Shown here piece by piece: positions 39,179-51,059 of a stretch of DNA of 64,000 bases (the stretch's first letter is position 1; every line of letters starts with the position of its first letter). A program made the position numbers and the translations under genes. This stretch comes from Raillietiella orientalis (Eukaryota): NCBI GenBank assembly GCA_036172245.1, contig JAYWIR010000006.1, positions 2,480,001 to 2,544,000 on the forward strand, read 5' to 3'. Under the pieces are notes generated by a model. The model was not told the DNA's origin and searched no databases. It was given only the letters and a program-made list of their open reading frames with translations.

Positions 39179-42100
39179 TTACTGTGTACAACCGTTGATT
39201 TATTGTATTCGAAACTTTACCTAACGTTTGCCAGGTATTTAATGATCTTTGTCGGCTGGGCACGTCTCTCGCTCCCATAAAAAATTCACTTTTCAGACCG
39301 TAGTTCTATTCCCTTTATGGATGATTAGAATCCGACTGAGCGCTTTCTTTATGTTCGGAGATAACGGCGACCAGATGCTGGTTTTTCCGTGATCTCGGAG
39401 CAGCAACTTGCCGCTCTGCGATCGAGCTTCTTGAGAAGCCGCAGCATTTCAGGATGTGAGAAAGATTGAATGAGAGAGGACAGCGCTAAGAAAACAAAAT
39501 GATTATGGTAATTTCATCGCTTTCTTTCCCCTCCCTCTCAAGGCTCGGGTATTCCTGTTTCCCGGTAGACCAGTCCCAGATCTACTCCACAGCAAGGCTG
39601 AAACGAAAGCGAAGAATCACCTCAGCTATCAGCAGACCGAGCGCAGCCACCAGTAATTCTTTCGGATGGTTTACCAGTCAATCCTTACGGATGTTCCGAG
39701 ATTTCGTAGAAGAAATGCAGGAATCTGAAGAAAGCTCTAAAGGGCACGCTATTTTTCCCGAGATAACGAAAGTGTACTGACGTGAACGGGAATTTACAAG
39801 CAGGAAAAGAAACGGGGAGGGGGGAGGGAGGAGAGAAAGGAAAAAAAAAAATGGCAAGCTCGCTCTGCTGCATCTTCTCCTTTATCCTTGAAGCTTTAAG
39901 ATGACAGCAAAGCAGTGGATCGCGCTCACGGGCGAAGGACCGAGTTTTCCGTCTTGCGCATACCTTTGAGCATCCGGGATTTCTTGGAGAGTCGGCAAAC
40001 ACAAAAAATAATCGTTCGAAAGTTAATATACTCGGAATGGAAGGCTCGGGTTTTCTCTTTGCATGGAGGTATGTCGAGGGTCATCCACCTGGAAGCGTCT
40101 TGAAAAATCAAGCAATTTCGCCGTATGTGTTGAAAGCTAATTACACGAGCCCGGGCCTGGCATTCTGAATTAAAGTCTCTATTTGGCAACCCCTCGATGC
40201 AAGGCATTTGGCAAGATCGCTGGAGCTTGCAGCAGCAAGTCGTTTCTCGATCCCTGAGAATGGGAAGGAAAAACCCGAAGAGGGGAAGCCACGGCGTGCG
40301 CGACGTCGCTGCGGACTTGGGCTCGAACTGCGTCCGGATTCATCCTTGAAATCGGAGAGGTGAAGACGGGAACAAAGGAGGAAAAGGGGACACCCTTTGG
40401 TATGCGCGGAATGACGAAGAAAGAAACAAGGGAAAAAGCCGGAAGGGATTCCGGGAGCGATCCCCAGGTTGCGATTCGCAGTCCCGGGGAAACTCTGGTG
40501 CGCTTTACTTGGCAACCAGCGATCGAGAGATCCGGAGACTATTTTTAATGATTGGAGGCTAACGCCTGAGAGAAGGCTGGGATCACTCCTAAGGCCCTTT
40601 AAGATTTTACTGCAGCAGAGTGAAAGCAATAACTCGATCCCCCTGTGTACAGGTGACACTCACGGACTGCGGGATACAGGATGATGTAACTGCGTCGTGC
40701 AGCAAGGGCGGAAGGCTGTTGCAGCAAGCCACGTGGAAACGAGGGATTCGCTCTCGTGTGCGCGTGTTTTCCCCCTCGACACTTCGTGTTTTGCTTCATT
40801 TCCCGACAACGAATACCACCGCGTCCTCGACTCCACTGGCAATCGAGCGACGCTGTCGGTTCGTCCTCGTGGTTCCTCGTTTCTGCTTCCGCATCCCTGG
40901 GAGGGACGAAAGAGATGGAATCTCGGGTCCAGCCTTGAGGAAACTCGGTCTCGAGGACGACGGTTCACAGATTCCATGCAGAGTCTGTACGACGATAACT
41001 CTGATAGACGGGGAAAAGCCATCCGCGTCCTCTCTTTTTTCCCTTTTCGCAGCAAGGGATCCTCAGCTGCTGGCTTCCGTCGAAGACTGCCTCCCACAGG
41101 TTGCTTTCGGCGTGCACATCGAAGACAGCGTCTGCAGGCCTCTCCCAGTGCTGGGGGCACGGGACGAAAGATCGCAAGACACGTTGCTGCGACCTCAGCA
41201 GTGTTTCCTGCGAGTGACACCAGCGCGCCCCCGCAGGACATGCAAACCCCGGATGCTGCACGGCTTTCTCTCCTCCATTCATCTACCCAGGCACAGTGCA
41301 CGCTTGATAGTGTCACCTCTGGTAAAAGAGACTTTCAGACGTACGCGACCCTTGATATGGTCAACATTTCAAGTTTTCTGTCATTCGATAAAACAAACTT
41401 TATTTGCATTAAAAAGATGTGGCTTATGTGGTAGTGGAGTCGCGGGATGGAGTTCCGAAGAGCGTTCTTCTGTACCTGCTTTTCAGCATTTTGTATTCCT
41501 CGGCCGAAGAAATCGAGCTGAATTTACCGATCGGCCATTTTTTTTTTTGCTGGTGAAGATGCTGCACCCATTGCAACACGATTCCATTCCAATGATAAGA
41601 GAGAAGAAAAATGCAGCAGGTGACTCTGAGATTGTGGAGTGGAGGAAGGAAATCATGTCCACGATCTGGACACCATCATGAACGCTCCTGTGGAGCATGC
41701 AGACGAAAATGTGGATGAGGGTGACAGATGTTCAAAAAACTGCCAAAGTCATTGACCACTCGTTCAATTTAGCTACGGAGTGGTCAGAACGCGTCTGCCT
41801 TCCTGTTCGTGATGCTCTTCTCTCCTGAGAAGAGTACGGGAAAAGGCAATTGGTGAAGAAGTTTGAGTAAAATTTCATACTGTATCGTCATCATCATTTA
41901 CTGCATAAGCCATCATTATTTTTTACCTCTGTAATGTTACTGAATTTGCTCATTTGAGTGTAAAAATTCACAATTTACTGTTCCACAATTTGGTTTCTTT
42001 CATTTCATCATCCCCAGAAAAAAGATTCATTTTTTTTATTTTTTTTTTTTTCTCATTTCGACTACCCATCTCGACATTCTATAGAGGCGACGTTTTTAGA

Positions 42101-45100
42101 ATTTCGATTCCAGAAAAAGGTGACCGTGTCGAATGCGCACTGCGTTCCGTTCCGACACGGACGCCGCGATGGGACGGGGGGGGGTAGGAGGGAGTTTGGA
42201 AGATGCGCGCCTCCTCCCGGGCTCCGCGCGAGCGGTTGCGCAAAAACTTCTAAAGGATCGCGGGCGTAGAGGGTCGGTGCGACTCCGCATCAAAGGGAGG
42301 GAAGGAGCACCCCTCTTGTGCCGCACAGTAAACACTGCTGCGCAGCACGTTGACGCACGCCATGCCAAACAAAACGCCCGTGACTCTTCGAGATGATTTA
42401 CGCGTTCTTATTTACATCCAGACGGATGCCAAACCTCGGGAACACTGAGAGACAGGAGCATCGGGGACTCCGTTTTCCAATGCCAAAAGGGTTGTTTTCG
42501 AATGGGGGTGCGCGAGAATTCCAAACTCGGGGAAGCGGCCCATCACTTCCGATAACATCCCGACCTTCCTCCGGACCCTGGCCTCGAACGGGAAGATGGT
42601 TCTCGTTCGGAATCTTTTTTACTCCCGGCATCACGCGCGTTCCGATGAATCACCGAGTCGGAGGCGGTGATAATCGTTCCAAAGGAACTGCGTTCGACCC
42701 GGTGGAAAATTGGGAATGCGCACTTATCGACGCACGCTTCCAGGAAACGATCTTCGCTTTCCGGTGGCTGCTTTGATGGACTCCAGCTTGTCCGCCCTCT
42801 TAATCCCGTAGTAGGTTCTGCTGCTATTTATAGGAGTGATTTTCCAGCACGCACGGCGACAAAACGACTGGATCCGGGCAGTCATCACCACCTCCATGCC
42901 GCAAACTTCGAATCGAGGACGATCTCAGCTGCAAGACACGGATGGACCACCCCTCGAATGATCCGTAGCGTCGTAAGATGCCCTCCTCATCGACCCCAAA
43001 CCCGTCCCTCACTGGCGCGGGGTCCAAGGAAAAAAACTTTTTTCGAATATTTCGCTAACGTTGCTGAAGCTGCCGCCCTGCCCCTCCCCTTTAGATCGGC
43101 ACTTTACTCTGATGGAACCGTTTGACGGAATCAGAACGGTCCATCCAGGTACAGAGACGTCAGCCTCCACAATAGGCATCTGATTCTCTGACAGACTTGC
43201 AGGTCACGTCCATTCTTAGGTTGTGTGTTGAGCCGGCGTTTGATGGTAAGGTGACTGCCGGCTGCAGAGATGCGAAACGGCAAAGGCGTACGGACACCGT
43301 GGAACGTGGAAGACAAAACGGGAGCGGACCAAAGCGCAGGAAGATGAGTGGAGGGGGTCCGTGGGGCAAAAAGCTTTGGGAGAGTGAAATGCGGATCTCT
43401 TTGCAGAAACGCAGGTTGCCTGGGAGCGGCATGGAAAGTCAACGACTACTTGCGGATTTGAGACGAAGCGCTGCTGAACTACGAGGGGGCCAAAAACACG
43501 TGAAACACTTCCATGCCACCACGGCTTCGTACACAAGATGGTCTTTTGGCTCTTCAGTGAAGATCGTTCTGCTCGATCCGCATTTATTGTTTCTTGTGCA
43601 ACTGTTTAGCTCGTCGTCTTAGTAGCTCAACAGCACCGTATGGCACCACAAAGAATCCCACAGTTGAGAATAGCAATGGGATGTAAGAATCAGAACATTG
43701 CAGAGCTCCCACCTGAGTTGTCGTCTTTGAATGCCCTAAAAGCGCATTTGACCTGTTGAGCGAGTCATTTCCTTTAACAAAGTCCACCCGTGGGCGCGTC
43801 AATTAAAATTGGCGAAAACGTATATGTATACGTCAAACGCACAGCATATTGTCCATTTCAGTGAAAGAGAAAAAAAAACATTATTCATGAAAATTTCCTT
43901 GTTGTACAGAAAATAAGAAACTTCATACATAAGAAGAAGAAAAAAAACTCATAAGAAATCGGTTATCTTTGGTCATGAGGGCGTTCACGAACGAGGCGCG
44001 TCGCTGTCTTCTATTGAAGATGATTTTGACCCCATTCTGTGTTTTTGCCAGTGTATGTACAGAAATTCCAGATGTATCCAGGTTGACTTTCGCACAAGGC
44101 AAAAAACTTCATGCCCAAGCGGCTCCTTTCAGAAGGTATCTACTGCTTCCAAGACAATCGCCCTTTCCATGGCAACAAGGATTCATCAACACACATGCCT
44201 TGTTTGGATGTTTTTTTCTCCCCAAGCAGTTGCAATTTTGGAAGTTCTGCTTCCTGAAGTCACGTTTTGGTCATCTGAACCAACTTGCAAGGCAGTGAAA
44301 ATCTGTGATGCGACATCACGTTGCTGAAGAGGAAAGGAGTGGAGGATATTCTTTCCTTCTTCGAGGAATGCAGATCAAGGTTCCGACAATCCCTTGCAGT
44401 ATGAATATTGAGGTGAAACACATTCCGTTTCCGTGTTGTTTCTTGGATGCCAACTTCTCATCCTTCATCGTTTCCTCAAAGAATGAACTTCCACATATTG
44501 CCTTGCGTACAAATCAGTCCGATTAGGGATAGCAGTTTCTTGTCCAAAAATTTATACCAGTGAAGAAGCGAGCACTTCTTCCTTGCTTTTCTAGGTACAC
44601 TGACTTGTTGACCAGGCATCCCAGGGGGAAAAAAAAACGAAATCACCGAAAAATTACATCTTGCACGGATCACTCTTTGCCGAAACTGATCATTTGCAGC
44701 TTTAATCGAGGAAAATCATTACTTCCCTCAATTCGAGCTTCAATTGTGCAAGAAGTATGTAAAAAGAAAAAGACAGAAGAATTTTTTGTGTGGTTGGCCC
44801 ACCTTACAGCACTTCAAAGACGTCTTGATAAGAAATTAATGGGGCGAAATAATAAATACACAAACAAATGTTTTAACTTTTTACCAAAATCTCGTATTTT
44901 GATAGCAGGGCGTAATTTTTTTTTTTTTTTTTTTTGGGGGGGGGGGAACACCCGCGTACATATTCGTCAAACGCACCACGGCGGCGCCATTGCGAAATTT
45001 GTATACATGCGTCGCACTCGCTCAACAGGTTAAAGGCCACATCTCAGTATCACGGGAGGCTGTGCGACGTGAGACGATCAGGGAAAGATTAGCAAGAAAC

Positions 45101-48100
45101 AGCTGCTACACGATGACGGAAAGGGTAGCGCAAAAATGATGGGCAGAGGAGTAATCCCACGCTGAGGTCTGGTCCGGTGTTACGAAAGAGCAGCAAATGG
45201 GTGTTAGTGGACGCCTCCTGCCCGTCTGAAAACGGATAGGAAGAGGGAAAAGGAAGAAAGATACCAAGATTTACTTCAACAGATCACCCAGACGGGCAGA
45301 ACACAAGCATTCCTGGCTGGCGGTCCTCGGATCGTGGGGCCCGAAGAATGACGGAGAAAGAAAGAAATCACGCAAAGAAGATGAGGAAACTGATTGGTAA
45401 GATTGTAGTAGGGACATCTCACAGATTGGGGCAAGTGACCCCATGGGGTACCTTGCAGGCCGTGACAACAACAACCCAACTGGCGCGTAAAGAAATAGGG
45501 TCGAGGAGAAAACATCGGTAAATTGCCACGTTGTTGGTACGGGAAGCGCTCCTCAGGATGCAAGCTCCGCATCTTGTTCCACACAGCGCCTAGGGAGTCT
45601 AAGGAAGGGTTAAGGCGAAACAACAGCATGATCGGGGAGGAGAGGACGCGGCGGACGGCGCAGGGCAGTCTCCAGACGCAACTGAGGGGCTGTTTCGACC
45701 CTGCGACTTCTTTGGTCAGGCACGAGGAGAATGATCTCCGGCAAATGAGTTTCCTTTGCTTCCAAAGTTTGCAGAAAAGTCGTGCTCTCTTTCGAAAGGA
45801 AGAACCCGGAGCGCTTCCGACCCGAGCGACCTGAAGACTTCCCGGAGGAGGCGGGAAGCGAAAACGGCGAACCAGGGCAAAAGGTGAAGAAAACAAGCGA
45901 ACACGGAAAGGATCAGGGAAGGAAGAGAGAAAAGCCTTCCGTAGGTGCTCCCTCGTCGATCGCCGACAGCCACGAGGGTTCCCAGAAATTTGTCAGTTCC
46001 TAAAGGCACTCGAAGAACGAAGAGGAAAAGAACACACCTTGATTTATCGCGGCGAAAGCTGGGAATGACGTCATTCAAGAAAAACAAAGCATTGCTCGGT
46101 CGCGCCAAAGCCTACGCAGCTGACAGAGAGGTTTTAAATTCCGAATTAAAAAGGAAGGATCTCTGTCACCCCTTCCCTCCCAATCGGCAGGTACCTGTTT
46201 CGAAAATCCGAACATCATGAACGGGATGACAACGTCGAAACGGGCTTTTGAAAAAGAACAGGAACTTCCGCTTTTTTTTTCTTTTTCTTTTTTTGCGCAG
46301 AGACGAGTTCCCCGCCGTTTGTGCCACCGTGTTCCCGGGAAGGGGGGGGGGGGGTGAGGGGGAAGCTGGCCTGCTGCTGCTTAGAGGATTCCAGGCCGCC
46401 GCCTACCTCGTTTGGCGCTCCCAACCAACATTCTTCCCGCTCGCCCCGCATCCGCGCCGGCCACGCTTCCTTTCCGAGCACACGTTCTCCCGTCGTCTCC
46501 TTGCACCAAATACCCTGACCGCGACCCCGCGTGTGCGCAAACATTCTCGATTCGGACGCGGTCTCCTCCCCCGCAGATTCGAACGGGAGGTCCATCCATC
46601 CATCCTCCTTCAGAAACGGCGAACCTCGCCGGCCGGCGACTCTTACGCGTTGCTGCGTCCGCGGCCCGGCGGCGCCTCCGCTTGCGCGCGCGCGCCGTCG
46701 CTGACTGCGAGAAATTCCACCCACGGTGCCCAACACCGTGGGTGCAGATGTAAGACCAGGACCGGTTCGAGCGAGAAATGAGAAGCTTTGCTCCCCCCCC
46801 CACCGACCACTCAGCCCGGGGGGCACATATTTTGCGTTCTCGTTCTTTTGCCAGCTTTGGGGGGATCGCAAGCAGCGGACTCGGGCGGGTGCCGGGAGAG
46901 GAAAAGAAGAGGGGGAGCCAAGGGTGTTGTTCTGCGTGACGCTCCCCGAAGGACACGGTTCTCCGCTCCGGATCGCGGGGTTGCCTGGCGTCGCCTCCCT
47001 CCCTCGAACTCCGTTCCTTTGTGTTCCCTCCCTTGCGCACGGGGACGATGCTCCATTAAGCTGAGTCAAAAAGGGAAAAAAGAGGGAAGGAGATACCGGA
47101 ACTCACAGGTAGAAACGGGGCAGCAGCCGGGAGCGCACGTTCCCCCGCTTGATTCGTAGGGAAGGGGGGGGGGGCGAAAAGGGCAACGCGGGTGGCACAT
47201 CCGACCTGGCTCCGAACAAAGCGATTTGCTTCGGCCTCCTCGGATGCCCTCTTCCTTTCCTCCCCGCCCGCCCCCGGAAGCGGTGGTCCCCTAACCTACT
47301 CTTAGGCGCCCTCCCTATATCTAAAAAGACCAACCGGCGTCGTTCCAGGCGCTGCGCGAGACCTCGCCGTTCCGGAAGCGGCCGGCGCACCGAAGATTTT
47401 TCCGTCTGTCGCGAAAACCTCCGAGACCTTTCCCGAGTCCCAGAGCTCTCAACCGGAAGAACTCTGGAGCGCTGTGAAGCGTTGACGGGCGTGGCAAAGG
47501 ACCGCTTCCCTTCCTGGAAGGGGAACCACACGGGAAAGCACTCTGCGCGGATCCCTCGCGTGCAGCCCAGCACACAACTCCGCCACCTGCAGGAGCACGT
47601 CGCGTACTGAAAGGTGGTGGCCTCTCGGTCCCTGCTCCCGCGGCTGAAGTCCCAGGAGGATCCTGATTGGTTGTGTCGTCACTCGCCCTTCCCCACTCCG
47701 ATTGGTGGTGAGCCGGCACATCAGGAAATGCGGCGCTTTCAAAACGCGAGCGTTCCGCCCAGGCGTGCTGCTGCGGGCGTGCAGCGAAAAGAAGGGGAAA
47801 GAAGGAAAACCCCCCAAAAAGAGGGAGAGAGAAAGAAGGGTAGGGATGGGGAAAGAGGGACGGGTGGGGGGACGGGGCGACAGCGCCAAAAGGGGAGGTG
47901 GCAAGGAAAGCGAAGGGGTGCGCAGGGATCACCGCAAACATGCGCGCGCGTACCTGGAGACGGCCTGCGGCCCCGCCGCGCTGCCCCGGGAACAGGAAGG
48001 CGCTCTCCCTTCCACCCGTGGGAGAGGGGAGGCGGCGTCCCTCCAGGCGCATGCGCGCCGCGGCTGCCGAAGCGTTCTCCTCGCATGCGCCTCGTGCACT

Positions 48101-48924
48101 TCCGCCGGCACGGGGAGCCCTTTCGTTTCCAGGGACTCCCGTGTGTTCCAAGGGCGGAGTCCCCTGGGGATCGGGAAGTGGAGCAAGATCTCTCCCCGTG
48201 ACCATTCGAGCTTTCCTGCCCTCCTTCCTCCCCGAGGGGCGAAAGCGGGAGCGCCAGGCGACCCCGGAAAGGAGGGAAGGAGAGGGCCAAGCGGGTGTAT
48301 GCCGTCCTCCTCGAGTGCCCTCGCCTCCCTCCTTCCCCTGGAGGGACGTACACCCCGGTGGTCGGTCTCTGGGTGTTCCCTTCCCCTGCCCTCAGCGTGC
48401 TTCTTCGGATTCGAAGGGAGCTGCTACGAGGCAAAAGGAGGGACCACATAGCAGGGGAAGGAGGAAGCGCACATCCCCCTGCTTTGGGGTGCACAGCAGA
48501 GCCGGACTCATCCCCTGAAGTGCGTTGTTGCTCACCCACGCCCGGAGCGCCATCGGGCAGAGGTGCGGCTGGGGCCTCCGCTTCCCTATGCTCGTGCTGC
48601 TCTCGCGGCTTCCGGCCCGGCCAAATGCGGCGGCGGCGGCGGCGGCACGTTTCCTTCTTCTCAAAGAGCGGTCTATTAATAGATACATCCCCGCACCTTT
48701 CACGATTCACGAAAACCCTATCCCGCTTTTCCCAAAATTCCTTTTCCCCCTCGCGTTCAACTGGCGCGGGCCCGGAACGACCTCCGCAATCACACGAGTG
48801 TTCCGCGCGGCATCGCCCGCTTATCCGGGGGGAAGTCCGCCCACGCGCGAGCGTACGGACGAGGCGCGGGCGCGTTCTCTCGACGGCGCGCAGCGGTGTC
48901 GAGCGGTGTCGAGCAACCGCCTGG

Positions 48925-49077
48925 ACGCAACAATGCGCGCGCGCTTTGCGTGAGGAACGCAACAATGCGCTCTTCCCCTCCCCTCCCCCCCCCTTCCAAC
49001 TTCGAAGGGAGGACGCAGCGATGCCTCCGAGACATCCCCGCACGCAACAATGCGGCGGCTTCGACGAGCAACAATGT
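48925..49077 (+). promoter_or_regulatory. Cluster of four GCAACAATG (Sox/HMG-box-like) sites
   Basis: GCAACAATG at about 48927, 48959, 49044 and 49068; three copies extend to ACGCAACAATGCG. The spacer sequences are unrelated to each other. Confidence 0.45.
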
Positions 49078-49950
49078 CCCACACGTCATGAGCGCGCCAT
49101 ATGGCCTCCGGCGCTCTTCCCTCGATCCTCTCGTCCTTCACGGAGTCTCTGTCCTCTCCCGGACAGGAGGCGTGCGCTGCAAAGGCGATCACCCCCTCCC
49201 CCCCCTATCTTTGCAGCGCGCGTCCCAAATGCCGCCGCCATGTGCCCCTCTTCGCCGAAACTCCTCCGCCTCTTCGTGCATCTCGTCCTCCCTCCCCTGG
49301 GAAAAGCAGGAGAAGGAGTGGGATGGGGGAAGGAAGCACCTCCCGAGCAGCGCGCCGATCTCTCGAAACCGGAAGACTCCTGCTGCCTATCGCGAGGCCC
49401 GGACGACCGTTTCCTTCGCTCTCGGACCGACCCGGGTCGATCAGGGAATCGAGGAGGGGTTTCCGGGAGAGGGGAGAGGAGGAAACGCGTTCTCCCTCCC
49501 CCCTTCTTCCTCCCAGGCAGGAAAGTCCTTCGCGGAAAGAAAAAGGGATTAGGAGGAGAGGGAGAGCCTCCGCCATCGATCGGGAGAGCCAGCACGAGCG
49601 CGCGCCCGCAGCCGCCTCCGCCGCCGCGCGTCTGGCGCATGTGCAGTTCGCCTCCGCGAGTTCGCGCGCGCGCGGCCCAGTTCTCGCATGCTCGGCGACG
49701 GAGGCGAACGCGCGTGCTAGGCGACGCCCGGTTCATCCCGATAGAGTGCTGCCGTGACGACGATGCCCGCTTTCTTGGCCACGACGCCGTGAGTCCCGAA
49801 GAAAGGGGAGGAGGAAGATGCGCAGCGGGGGAGCGACCGCCACGACCGCCACCCAAGTCCGTACGACTTCCGGGTAGAGGGAGGCGACCGCCCCCCCCCT
49901 CCCACCCTGATCCCCGGGGCGATGTGCGTCTGTGTGTTTGTCTGCCGCAG

Positions 49951-50179
49951 GATTCCGGTCGTCGTCACCCAGCATCCCGCTGCGCGCAGTGACCGTCATG
50001 GAAGCGACCGCCGATGACCCTCATTCTGACCTCCATCGCCACGAGGGCGACGGCGAGGATGACGACAACAACGGTGGTGGTGGCGGTGGTGCCGACGGTG
50101 ACAACTCGTCGGCTCTCCCTCTCGAAGGGGATGGCCCTGGCCATTTGCTTCGGGTCACCAAGCAGTCCTGTCTGAAGAG
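49951..50179 (+). CDS. Exon of an unidentified protein-coding gene (acidic/Gly-rich; possible ATG at 49998)
   Basis: tgtttgtctgccgcag acceptor and AG|gtgaga donor. Reads ...MEATADDPHSDLHRHEGDGEDDDNNGGGGGGADGDNSSALPLEGDGPGHLLRVTKQSCLK(R) and splices in frame to the next exon. Confidence 0.65.
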
Positions 50180-50346
50180 GTGAGAGTGGTCGCGTAGCTT
50201 CCCCCGACCCTTCCCCGGCGAGGTCCCGGGGGAGCGACGCCGGTCTCTTTCCCTTCCCGGAAAGAGGAGACACCGCCCGCCCATCCTCTTCCTCACCGCT
50301 GCCCTCCCCCTTGGTGCTCCCGCTTCCTTCCTTCTCTTTCTTACAG

Positions 50347-50502
50347 AGTGTCCTTCGGGAGCTCCCGAGGGAACATGGTCGAGACGGTAGTGTTCGACGC
50401 TGCCGAGCCGCAGGTCCTCCAGACCACGGAGCAGAGGACGGTCAGGGCGATGCCGGTCCGGCCCAGCGCCCTGCAGCCCGAAGGCAGCACCACAAGGCGA
50501 AG
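50347..50502 (+). CDS. Next exon of the same unidentified gene (RVSFGSS motif)
   Basis: Strong pyrimidine tract ttccttctctttcttacag and AG|gtaggg donor; 156 bp, phase 2-2, no stop: (R)VSFGSSRGNMVETVVFDAAEPQVLQTTEQRTVRAMPVRPSALQPEGSTTRR. Confidence 0.7.
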
Positions 50503-51045
50503 GTAGGGGGTCTGTCCCGGTGTTCCCGCACGCGGAGAGACCGGAGGGCGCGGGCCTGCTTATTACCTGAGGAGAGAGGAACGCTGCCGCCCGGATCGCG
50601 CCGAGCAGCGTGCGTCCCGTCGCGGTGTCGACCCGCCCTCCCCCAACCACCGTGGACTCGCGAAGGGGTGCGCCCGGCCCACCCGTCCCCAATCTCTCTA
50701 CCTTCCTGTGCCACCAAGGCGATCTCCTCCGCAGGAGATAGTAGGTAGAGGAATCGTGTGGTCTGGGTCTTCGAGCAACGGTAGACCCGGGCGGACGACA
50801 CGAACGCGCGCGAGTGGTCGCGTCGTGCTCTGCTCTAGAGACGTGGACGCTCCGTGGACGCTCGTGGTCGCGGAGCGGCACACACAAAAAATGGGGGTTC
50901 ATGGCTCGTTCCCCCCCCCCCCCTCCTTCCCTCCCTCGCACTTTCCGTGCCGGTTTTCCATTCGGAAATAAGCGCAAAGCATCAGCTGCCGGATTTCTGG
51001 CGATATGCTGCAGTTCGATGCCCGTGTAGGTACTGGACTCAACGG

Positions 51046-51059
51046 GTTGCCATGGAAAC
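51046..51059. promoter_or_regulatory. RFX X-box consensus match
   Basis: GTTGCCATGGAAAC fits GTHNYYATRRNAAC at all 14 positions. Confidence 0.4.

Noticed and set aside
40620..41681. 353 aa and 245 aa overlapping ORFs
   Set aside because: No domain recognised, non-ATG starts and no consistent exon chain.
47739..49992. Long ORFs of 447 aa (-) and 565 aa (+)
   Set aside because: Arg/Pro/Gly/Ser-rich, overlapping on both strands, crossing homopolymer runs and lacking any recognisable domain; expected by chance in very GC-rich DNA.
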